Assembly (NCBI RefSeq): GCF_009914755.1
Contig: NC_060927.1
From: the human T2T-CHM13v2.0 reference genome, Homo sapiens
DNA length: 64,000 bases
Reading direction: 5' to 3' (one strand)
In this document: positions 1 to 10,587 of the stretch, piece after piece
Layout of the letters: every line of letters begins with the position of its first letter
Numbering within the stretch: position 1 is the first letter of the stretch
Translations under genes and position numbers: made by a program
The notes under the pieces: generated by a model
What the model was told of the DNA's origin: nothing
What the model saw: only the letters and a program-made list of their open reading frames with translations
Database searches by the model: none

Positions 1-1571
1 AGAGAAATTTGTGAACCACTTTATATCAACACACTTGAAAACCTAAACAAAAATAGATCATTTTTTAGGTTTCATAATTAAAATAGTATAAATAATACTA
101 TCCTTTTAATTTAAAAATATGGGGACAGGGGAAGGAGAGAGAGGGAACAAAGGGGCAGGGGAGAGAAAGAAAGGTAATTCTCATGGTCTTCCTTCTTGCT
201 TACCTGTGTCCTGATTCATTTACTCCCATGCCTTGTGATTCAGACAAGGTGACTCCTACATATGCAGCCATTTTTTACCAGTTAGGTCGCAGCTTTGGAT
301 AATTTTCCTCTAACCAGCCATGAAGGGCCCTGGAACAAGAGAAGAGAGGGGACATATGGGAATCTGGATAGGCAGAGATGGAACAGCAACATGTCCAGTG
401 ACAGGGCCAATGAAGGAATCCCAAAGGTGGTGGCTGAGGGCTTTAACTGCAGCATGCCCACATGAAATGGTTTTCTGTTCGGCCTGGAGCTGGGTTCCTC
501 TTCCATCACCTTCCACTACCCTTAAACCATTGGTAATAAACGTCCATCACCCACCACACCTTAGAGTCTGTTGCTTCAATGAACTGAAAAGAAGGGATTT
601 GTCCATGCTTGAGGAAAGTTGGGGTGGAGAAAGTCTACCTAGTCACATAGACCATGCCTCAAACAATCTATTCAATAAAAGGTTAACATTAATGTTGAAA
701 ACAATCTTCATCAGTGAATAAATACTTTATCATGCCTTAAAAAGTCTTGTCTAACTTTTAAAAAGTCAGAATAGGAGGAAGAGATAGCTTGCAAAGGAAT
801 TGGAAAAGGGCTGAGAAAACAAGAGTAACACGAGGAAGGGAAGAGAATATTTCAAGAATGTAAGAATAATCAGGTAAGACAAGGCCTAGAAAGTCCCTTT
901 GGATCTTGCAACATGAAGATCAGTGGGGGATCTCAAGCAGATATTTTGTTTTCTTTAAGAAAAAGAACAAAAGGCCCATTGGAGTAGATCCAGGAGTGAG
1001 TGGAAATAAAGAACATATATTGACCACCAGGGATGGTTCTTTCAGGAATTTTAACTAGAAGAGGTTACGACTATAAGAGAGTGGTAATTAGATGAGAATA
1101 TAGTGTTGAGGAAAGTTTGTACTTACTGTTTTCCCTTTTTTTTTTTAGGTAGAAACTATATTAGTTTCCTGAGGCTGCTGTAACAAATTATCACAAATAG
1201 GTGGCTTAAAACAATAAGAATGTATTGTCTCCCTCTTCTGTAGGTCAGAAGTCTACAATCAAGGCGCTGGAAGGGCCACACTCCCTCCCAAGTCTCTTGG
1301 GGGAGAATCTGCCCATGCCTCCTTCCTAGCTTTTGGTGGCTGCTGGCAAACCTTGGTGTTACTTGGATTGTAGCCACAGCACTCCAATCTCTGCCTTTGT
1401 CTTCACATTGCCTTCTCTGTGTGTCTCTTAAAGGACAGTTGTCATTGGATTTAGAGCTCACTCATATAATGCAGGATAACTACATCTCAAAATTCTTAAT
1501 TTATAAGACCCCTTTTCCAAATAAGGTAATAGTTACAGATTCCAGTGATTTAGGGCATGGACATATCATTT

Positions 1572-1587
1572 AAGAGAGCCAACCTTC
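1572..1587 (+). repeat. 5' target-site duplication AAGAGAGCCAACCTTC
   Basis: Identical 16-mer at 3712-3727; preceded by TTT, giving an L1 endonuclease-type TT/AAGA site. Confidence 0.97.
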
Positions 1588-2412
1588 TTTTGAGAAGTGT
1601 CTGTTCATTTATGCAGCCAAAAAACACATGAAGAAATGCTCATCATCACTGGCCATCAGAGAAATGCAAATCAAAACCACTATGAGATATCATCTCACAC
1701 CAGTTAGAATGGCAATCATTAAAAAGTCAGGAAACAACAGGTGCTGGAGAGGATGCGGAGAAATAGGAACACTTTTACACTGTTGGTGGGACTGTAAACT
1801 AGTTCAACCATTGTGGAAGTCAGTGTGGCGATTCCTCAGGGATCTAGAACTAGAAATACCATTTGACCCAGCCATCCCATTACTGGGTATATACCCAAAT
1901 GAGTATAAATCATGCTGCTATAAAGACACATGCACACGTATGTTTATTGCGGCACTATTCACAATAGCAAAGACTTGGAACCAACCCAAATGTCCAACAA
2001 TGATAGACTGGATTAAGAAAATGTGGCACATATACAACATGGAATACTATGCAGCCATAAAAAATGATGAGTTCATATCCTTTGTAGGGACATGGATGAA
2101 ATTGGAAACCATCATTCTCAGTAAACTATCGCAAGAACAAAAAACCAAACACCGCATATTCTCACTCATAGGTGGGAAGTGAACAATGAGATCACATGGA
2201 CACAGGAAGGGGAATATCACACTCTGGGGACTGTGGTGGGGTCGGGGGAGGGGGGAGGGATAGCATTGGGAGATATACCTAATGCTAGATGACACATTAG
2301 TGGGTGCAGCGCACCAGCATGGCACATGTATACATATGTAACTAACCTGCACAATGTGCACATGTACCCTAAAACTTAGAGTATAATAAAAAAAAAAAAA
2401 GAAAAAAAAAAA
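1588..2412 (+). mobile_element. 5'-truncated L1HS, Ta-1 subset, with short 5' inversion
   Basis: Encodes the ORF2p C-terminus (ORF 1628-2182, CCHC knuckle [18 protein letters not shown]), followed by 3'UTR and poly(A). Diagnostics are T1900/G1903 (Ta-1 5536/5539), ACA at 2294-2296 (5930-5932) and G2379 (6015); spacings of 394 and 85 nt match L1 numbering. Confidence 0.96.
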
Positions 2413-3711
2413 GAAAATATTACCAGCAGAAAAAAAAAAAAAAAAAAAATCAAAGCAATGGCTTGCAACTCTGAGTAAAACAGGAATCCCTGCATCCATA
2501 TTGATAAACAAGTGAATAAATAAATGGTGAGAAAGGATGTTTTTCTTTGTATGTAGAATGTCAACCAATAAATGTAGAAGGCATTATGGAGTTAGGAAAT
2601 CATGTTGGTCAATCATGACAGTAATAACTGGGACAAGACTAATCAACTGATACTATATAACTGGTGAATGAGGAGCAAAATACTTATATAGTCTCAAAGT
2701 ATCTCCCCACAAATTACTTGTAAATTACAAAGAGGAAATCGTAAATTTAAAATGAAATCTGGCAGACACCAACCTAAGCGGTGAACAGAGTTAACAACAT
2801 TAATGGGACCAACTGACATTATATGCTGATTACGACGCACTGACGACACACTGCTTCTGTGATATTCCCACCCAGAATGTAAAACCCTCACCTAGTCATG
2901 CGGAACCATCACACAAATCCAAACTGAGGAACATTCGACAAAATAGCCTGTATTCTTCAAAAATGTCATGGTAATGAAAGACAAAAGAAAGTTGAGGAAT
3001 CTGCAGTATTGAGAGACACACGTTTACCAATGTAACACGATCCTGCACAAGGTAAAAGAATGGCTACAAAGGACATTATTGGGATAAATGGCAAAATTTA
3101 AATATGAATCATGGGTTAGATAACAGTATTAAATCACTGTTAAACTTCCTGATTTTGATAATAATACTTAAAAAAATACTGAATAATGCTTAAAGTAATT
3201 CTCTTCTTCTCTTAGAAGAGAATGTCCTGTTCTTAGGGAAATGCATACTGTTTTGGGCATAATGGGGTATCTGTGCAAATTATTCTCAAATGATTAAGAA
3301 AATGCAACATGAAATATAGATAAGGCAAATGGGATAAAATGTAAACACTCAGTAAATCTGGATAAAAGATATATAGGAGTTCTTTGTGATATTCCTGCAA
3401 CTTTTCTGTAAATCTGAAATTGTATTCAAAATTTTAAAGTTACCAATAAAACAAAACAAACAACCCCTGACCAAGAATCCAACAACAAGGGATGAATCAA
3501 AATTATGGTACAGTCACCCTATGGATGCCTTCAAATTACAAGATTTACAGATCAACTTTGTGAAGATATATAACAATATAGTAAAATGCTTATAACATGT
3601 ACAATGTTGAATGATAAAAGCAGGATACAAAATACTTTATGTGTATATTATAACAACTATGTAAAAGCAAGCATATAATAAAGACTGGAAGGATAAAAAA
3701 AAAAAAAAAAA
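2413..3711 (+). other. L1 3'-transduced DNA with terminal poly(A)
   Basis: Lies between the L1 poly(A) and the 3' TSD. AATAAA at 3677-3682 is followed 12 nt later by a pure A tail from 3695. The content resembles old L1MC/L1ME 3'-end fragments from another locus. Confidence 0.92.
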
Positions 3712-3727
3712 AAGAGAGCCAACCTTC
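3712..3727 (+). repeat. 3' target-site duplication AAGAGAGCCAACCTTC
   Basis: Directly follows the terminal poly(A); identical to 1572-1587. Confidence 0.97.
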
Positions 3728-3979
3728 AACCCACTACAGGGGCTAATTGACTATGTATATAAACTGATGGGGTGGTCTAGGCCTTCTCAAGCAAGACATA
3801 AAGTCCAATGTCCATGAAAGAAAAGCCTGACAGATTTAACTACAGAAAAATTAAGCATTTCTAAATGAGAATAAACACCATAAACATAAAAAGACAAGGG
3901 CAGAACGGGAGAAAATATTTGCCACATCCATCTTAAATATATCTAGTTTTAACTGCATAATCACAACTGGGTATAAAAA

Positions 3980-4150
3980 ATAGTAATAGTAGTAAAGTAG
4001 TAAATAGTCATAGTAAAAATAAAAATAGTAGTAAAGATAAAAAGTAAAAAAAGTAATAAAGTAAAATAGTAGTAAAACAATAGTAGTAGTAAATAGTAGT
4101 AAAATACTATCAAGTATTATCATAGTAGAATGCTGTAGTAAAATATAGTA
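3980..4150. repeat. Degenerate (TAG/TAAAA)n low-complexity repeat, resuming at about 4561-4665
   Basis: Repeated TAGTAGTAAAA-like units on both sides of a Tigger MITE. Confidence 0.8.
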
Positions 4151-4533
4151 TAGACGCTCCTTGATTTACAGTGGGATTGCGTCCTAGTAAACCCATCATA
4201 AGTTGAAACTGTCATAAGTTGAAAATGCACTTAATAAACCTAACCTACTGAACATCACAGCTTAGCCCAGCCAACTTAAACATGCCCAGAACACTTACAT
4301 TAGCCTGCAGCTGGGCAAAGTCATCTGACAACATAGTAAAACATAGTCCACCATAGAATATCTCCCTCATGACCTCATGGCTGACTGGGAGCTGTGGCTC
4401 ACTGCTGCTATGCTCAGCATCATGATAGAGTATTGTATCACTTTCTGGTGCTTTTTAATGAATCCATGTAGTTTCTGCATCATCAAAAAGTTGAAAAATC
4501 ATAAGTTGAACCATTATAAGTGGGGGACTGTGT
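4151..4533 (+). mobile_element. TcMar-Tigger MITE, MER47-like
   Basis: Begins TAGACGCTCCTTGATTTACAGTGGG...AAACCCATCATAAGTTGAAA and ends CCATTATAAGTGGGGGACTG; degenerate terminal inverted repeats. Confidence 0.7.
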
Positions 4534-5451
4534 TTTTCTATTATAATGATAGTGTGCAACAGTAGGAAAATAGTAAAAGTAGTAGTCTAGTAATATAGTA
4601 CTAAAATAGTAAAAATTATAGTCTAGTAATATAGTATAGTAATAGTAAAATAGTAGTAAAAATAATAATTTTTCTACTGTTCTTTGGGGACCCCCATTTT
4701 CGTAGCAGGAAAAACAACTCAAACCTGCTGATTCAGGGTAATTTTTTTTCTTTTTTTTTCCCCAGGTTACTCAACCTGTTGGCAGTGTATTTTTCTTCTC
4801 ACTGAGCACAGAGAGAAGTGTATGCACCGTTATGTTTTGCATTAGTGTGGCTGGCTGTGTGCCCAGTGACCAGGAGCTTTTTAAAAGAACAGAATTGTTC
4901 TTTTATCCAACTATGAATCACCAGTGCCTCGATCTGCCCATCACCCATAGAATCCTTATTAACTCATATAGATTTGAAAGCTTTTAAAAATCCTTGAGTA
5001 CTTCAGTTTCCAGGGATGTTAAATAAAGCCAGGACTGCATTTATCATATTCCCAGCTGGGCTGTGTGAGGATTAATGTTTTATCATAAGTGATCTCCTGC
5101 TCCTTTAAAAAGGCATTAATTAAGTTAAAGGTTTTATTTTTCAAGGATATGCTTATTAGTTTTTTAATAACTTGTATCTCAATGTAGTCTCTGAAATGGA
5201 AGTGATAAGGTTTTCATGCTTTCTCATAGAAAATCTGACATACAGGAGTACACAAAACTAATCTACGATTAATGTTCTTCTCTGGACATAATGTTGAGCA
5301 GTTGATCTTTCTGAGTTCTCTTGTTCTCCAGGAAGGTCCTACATGGTAGCTTGGCCTAAGGGAGGGACAGGGTGCATGCTTTGGGGAGACACCCCCTGAC
5401 CTGATGTTGTGTTTCTCTCCTCCTCCCATTTCCCCTACCTTGGTTTCCCAG

Positions 5452-5673
5452 TGAGCTGAAGCAGAAGCTGGATGAGGAAGGCAGCAAGTGCAGCATCCTC
5501 TCGAAGCACCAGCAGTTTGTGGAGCACTGCTGCATGCGCTGCTGCTCGCCCTTCACCTTCCTCGTCAACACCAAGCGCCAGTGTGGAGATTGCAAATTCA
5601 ATGTCTGCAAGAGCTGCTGCTCCTACCAGAAGCACGAAAAGGCCTGGGTCTGCTGCGTCTGCCAGCAAGCGAG
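5452..5673 (+). CDS. MYRIP: MYRIP internal coding exon (second coding exon), zinc-finger part of the Rab27-binding/Slp-homology domain
   Basis: A polypyrimidine tract and CCCAG acceptor end at 5451; the donor is GAG|GTGAGT at 5674. After 1 nt the frame reads ELKQKLDEEGSKCSILSKHQQFVEHCCMRCCSPFTFLVNTKRQCGDCKFNVCKSCCSYQKHEKAWVCCVCQQA(R), which I recognise as the human MYRIP N-terminus. Length 222 nt, phase 2 at both ends. Confidence 0.97.
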
Positions 5674-6899
5674 GTGAGTGGCTGGTGCATTCCCAGGGTC
5701 TACACTGTTGATTTAGAGAGATTCACCTGCCACTTCCTTCAGTCAGGTAGAACCAGCTATGATTGGTAGATCAACACAGAGTATTGACCAAAGTAAATAG
5801 CTTGCTGAAGAGAGATGCATGGATAAGGAAACCTGTTGATCTTTATAGGGAGGATGAGAGAGGGCCCCCCAGGAGCACCTGGGTGTGAATAGAAAGGGCT
5901 TTCTTGGGATTGAAGATGCAGCTCCTACATATGTTATTCATCTTTTTGGAATTTCTCATCTGGTCTCATCCTTTCGTTCGTTCATTGCATAAGCATGTGT
6001 TGGATTCTTAGGAATTATGCTGGGTGCAGGAAACATGATGGTGAATTAGGCCAATTATGAGTGACTCAGAGGCATAGCGGATGGTGTGATACGTAAGTGC
6101 TGGGCCTTCATATGTGGAAATACATGCCCTGACTAGTTTGTCTATTGGCTATGAGGGCACTGAGCAAGGAGAGACTGGCCCTAGGGCTTGGAGAAAGCTT
6201 CATAGAGGACAAGAAATAAAAGCAAGATTGTGAAAGACAAAAAAGAGTCAATGCTGTGAAAGGGGAGATGAAGACAACTTTGCGAGGGAAATAACAAGCA
6301 TGGCATTTCACATTCTCCCTCAGCGACCAGCAGAGCACTTCTTTGATCTGTTGAGTATTTGGAAACTGATGAGTATGATAAACCAGTGTTTGGTATTTGT
6401 CTGTGCTGATCCTAGCATCTGTAGTGTGCATTGTGATTCGTATTTGCTGCATGCTTCCAAAATGCCTGTTAATGAGTGAAGCAGAGATGAGCAGGTCCTG
6501 GGAGCACACACTCAGAAGCCCCTGCCTCCCACACCTTTTCCTTCTTTCCTCCTTTCTCCTCTCCCTGCCCTGTTTACTCGCTTGTATCCTTTAATGCATC
6601 AAGACCTAGAATTTTCCCATAGAGCTAGTTAATGGGGACAGCTGCCAAGTTTCCTTGGGGTCTCCAAGGAATCAGGCTCTGGGCTACAAAATATATATAT
6701 TCATATTCATTCCAGAGACACAAACTGAAACAAAAAGTGGTATGTTAAGCACCCAGTATCCAAGGCTGGGTGCTACGCAGGTCCTGTGCCTGACTTGGTC
6801 AGAGCAAGGAGCCCATCTGGGTCTCCACATGGCAGCTTGAAAGGGGGAGGAAAAGCCCTGCAACAACAAAGGGAAGGAGGAAACTGGGATTATAGATGA

Positions 6900-7630
6900 G
6901 CGTGCATCTGGGAGTGATCAACAGAGAGAGGTTCATCCATGCCTTCTATTTCTCAGTCAAGGTGGGGTAAGCCAAATTCATCATGTAACACGTTTAAGGA
7001 TTACGTGACTTGAATATTGTGGCACTGAGAACAAGACAGTTGGATGTTGGAAGAAATAAGAGTAGATCTAAATAGGCATTACAGGAGTTTGAGATGCACA
7101 CATTCAAGCCAAGTTCCTGTAACAAATTATGAATCTGTTTTCTTTCAATCTTCCCACAGATTGGGAGTTTCGTGGGGCTTGGGACAGGTCAGAGGGTAAC
7201 TGAGTTAAGGATATTGGACAGTGAAGAATGTAAAGACAGAATCTGGATAGTAAGGAAAAACAGAAAGGGGCTATGGATGGATGGGGAGAAAATGAAGGGG
7301 TCAGTCAGCCAGAAGTAGTATCTGGTAAAGTCAAAGAACTGTCACAGTGGGAGTACTTGATAGAGAAAATTGGAAAAAATGAAAATTCTATATAGAGAAA
7401 AAGATGAATTTGTGATTTCTAAAGTAGATCAGTTGAGTGGTGACCATGGGAAGAGGAGACAATGTCTAGAAGAAGAAGTTAAGGGACCAAAATACCAGTG
7501 CCCATATGATTGGAAAAAATCAGGATAGTGGCCACAGTATGGAGGTGAAGAATTGAGCCAGGTGACAAGTTTTTCTGAAATGAGAAGAAGGAACTAGAAG
7601 GTCAGGATGTGAGAGACATAAGGAGTTGGA
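6900..7630. mobile_element. L2 fragment (similar L2 remnants at about 760-1130, 5990-6400, 32680-33230, 50570-51160)
   Basis: Purine-rich degenerate sequence with L2-like motifs such as GCCTTCTATTTCTCAGT; boundaries approximate. Confidence 0.55.
6970..7024 (+). repeat. 55-bp dispersed direct repeat, copy 1 (copy 2 at 9319-9373)
   Basis: AGCCAAATTCATCATGTAACAC[G/A]TTTAAGGATTACGTGACTTGAATATTGTGGCA, 54/55 identical. Confidence 0.95.
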
Positions 7631-10587
7631 GAAGATGAGATGACTGCATGTTATGATTCTGCACCTACCAAGTTGGGCAAGTCCCATGTAGCATTTGACT
7701 CAAACATCTGCCATGGCTGCATGCGCTACACTGACGTTTGTTACCAACTGGTGGTAAACACCGCCAGGACAGGGACACTGTCTTCTTCATTTGTAGCACC
7801 AGAGCCTGACACATAGAAAGCACATGAATCTTTGTGACCCAAATAGAACAGGACGATGTTTATAGCAGCCAGATGCATAGTACAGAATGAGACTTTAGGA
7901 ATTTTAGAGGAAAGGACTCAGAGACTGTTAGATGTCCTAAAGGGGTTTCATGGAAAAGGAGGGCATCCTAGATGGAACTCAGTTGGAGAGGAGGAATCAG
8001 GAGACACTCTCAGACAATGTGTGGCATGAGCAAACAAAGCAGAGTCACCCAAGGTGTGTGGAGGGTCTGAAGCAGACCGCTATTGAAGCGGGATGATGGC
8101 AAGTGATTGGGTCAGTTTGTGTGAAGAATTGGCGTTTGATCTTTAAGGGATGGCGAAATCACTGGAATGTCAAACCCTAGCCGTTATTAAAGTATACTAT
8201 ACTGTGCTTCAGCATATTCCCCCACAAATAAAAGGAAGTATCAGTACCTACATGATTTCATTTCTTTCAATATTTACCTAGTCCTCTTCTCCCCGAGTAA
8301 GAAAAGTCACCAAATTTACTAAACAGTTAGTAGCAATAGAGTGCAGTCACAGCCTGTCAACCCCACATTTACCATGAGTTGTATGCAGGCATCTATTATT
8401 AGTTACAATTAAATGACACATTGCATTAATCAAATACCAGTAGTGCTGAGTAGTTGATGCACCACCTCAGAATCCCATCACCTATAAATGGAAGAACCTT
8501 GCCTCGCAAAAGCAAGATCTTCTGATGCCAACCATTTGCTATTTCTCTTGTACAATGTTGTCTCAATAATTTGTCAGATATTGGAAAAATAAGTTGTAAA
8601 AAAGGCAGCAATGGCTGCCAAGACTATATTTTAAATTTTCATTTCATATTTCTAGCAACTTAATGAGGAGGCAGGAGGCTTAGGTAGTCCCATTTCACTT
8701 AATCTTGCATCATGTTCGTGTTAATATTGCATGACAGCTCCTGAGTCTCAGAAGCTGAGCATTAGAAAATAAAGAACCATTCATAGAAGGATACCTGGAA
8801 AGACATGCAACAGCCAGTGTACCCTTGTTCCATTTTTATTTTAAGAAAGTGGAGGGTTACTGAGGAGTCTTCCACATTCAATGTGTCTAGCTCAAACAGA
8901 ACACACCCACACTTGTTTAATCAAAGCTGGCAGAAAGGGGATGCTGAGGAGAAATTGGAAATGTTGCTGCTTTAATCTTGTATTATGTCTTGAGATTATT
9001 ATTGGCTGAAACCCAAAGGGATGGAGAAATTTTGTTCATTCCCTATTTTTCTGTATTGCTCAATTCAATCACAGGAACCTGTCTAGGAAAGAAATCCATG
9101 AAATATGTGGCATATTTTTGCATCCTGAAATGTCTCTAAGGCCCTGTTTGACAGAGAAGTATGTCTTTCAAAGTACCACGGATGTATGGCCTGTGAGCGG
9201 ACAGTCTTTTATGTTGTACCTGGATCACATTCTTGTTTTTTGAAGGATGCCTTAGAAGAGTTAATTTTATTTATATATCAACAAACTGTGTAACCCTTCA
9301 ACATTACACAAGTGCTAGAGCCAAATTCATCATGTAACACATTTAAGGATTACGTGACTTGAATATTGTGGCAGTATGGACACTCAGGGCTGCTTGTCCA
9401 CTTTGTCCAGTAGCTCCTCTGCCCTTCATTCAATCTGAAACTCCCTTCTTGGTTAGAACTGATTTACTTTAGACACTACTCTTTGGAACATTCTTCTAGA
9501 ATTTTCATCTTCAAGCAAGTGGGTTTTTAAAACATTGTATGTCAGATTCTATGAAGAGCACATTTTGTGTTTGTATATGAAATCTCAATAGTTGATAGTA
9601 GGTCTATGAGGTTACACAGATGACCACTTTTGTGAGGCCACTTTCAGACCCATATTCACTCCCCACTACCCATGAGATGCATTCCTTTCCTTATTTAAAT
9701 GAAACCATTTTTGCTACATTGGTTTAATTTCTAGCTATTTATCCAGTGGCTACCATATGCATATGTTTTTGAGATACTGTGGGCTATGAATAATTATAAT
9801 AATAAAAATTCTTGTCCACAAAAAAGGAGTAGGAATTAAAGGTAGACATTCATCCTACAATATGAATAGCCTCAGAAGTAATAACTGTATCAGAAGTAAT
9901 AACTGGGGCTGTCTATTGTACAGCTGTAAATGAGAGAGTCGGATTAGAAACATGGCATTCATCAGGAGAGGACCCAGACAGTGTCAAGTCTCTAAGAAAA
10001 ACGTGGTAACCTATAACTTTAACTTTCTTCTTTTCATCTCAGTGAAAAACAATCCATATTTTTTTCTGTTTGATTATTTAGTTCAGTAAAAGCATTTTGA
10101 GAATTTTAAAGTTGTAATTGTAATCATTTGGTTCTTTGTTAGTAATTTTGCTTCATATATTTTGCATTAAAATGTATTTCTGTTATCAGTGTTCATCTAA
10201 AATTTTTAGCTTTGGGAGATTAAAAAATTAAATGTATTATAGAATGAATGATGAATTACTTATTTTGGAAGTTCTATAGAAAATGGGATACTACTGAATC
10301 ATCCCTTTGTCATTTTTTCATTATATATAGATTTATCTTCTTGACAATTTATTGTATGCATTCATTCAAACATTATGAATAAAGACATATAGTACTTGTA
10401 TTTAAGGTCTTCTTCAGGAAGCAAAACTTTTCAGAGTGAGCCCAGACCATACATATCAGTCATAATCATTTTGGGCCTAATTGGTTTGGGAACAACATTC
10501 CTACTTTCCTTGGAAACAAATTAGCTTTCTAGCTCTTTGCTTCATTATAAAAATTGTTCACTCTAATTTTTGTCATTTTGTATGTCA

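Larger units (their letters stand above)
1157..3738 (-). mobile_element. MLT1 (MaLR, MLT1B/C-like) solo LTR split by the L1HS insertion (1157-1587 and 3728-3738)
   Basis: Begins TATATTAGTTTCCTGAGGCTGCTGTAACAAA...GGTGGCTTAAAACAA. Its terminus TTCAACCCACTACA resumes only after the second TSD, compared with TTCAACCCACAACA at the end of the intact copy at 26414-26866. Confidence 0.85.

Noticed and set aside
320-721. 133-aa ORF
   Set aside because: No recognisable domain or splice context; consistent with chance.
1628-2182. 184-aa ORF, the longest plus-strand ORF in the window
   Set aside because: C-terminus of L1 ORF2p in a 5'-truncated, promoterless copy; not a host gene.
5435-5769. Ala/Ser-rich ORFs 5435-5668(-), 5472-5711(+), 5488-5769(+)
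   Set aside because: Shadow frames of the MYRIP exon; the true frame is defined by splice sites and protein identity.
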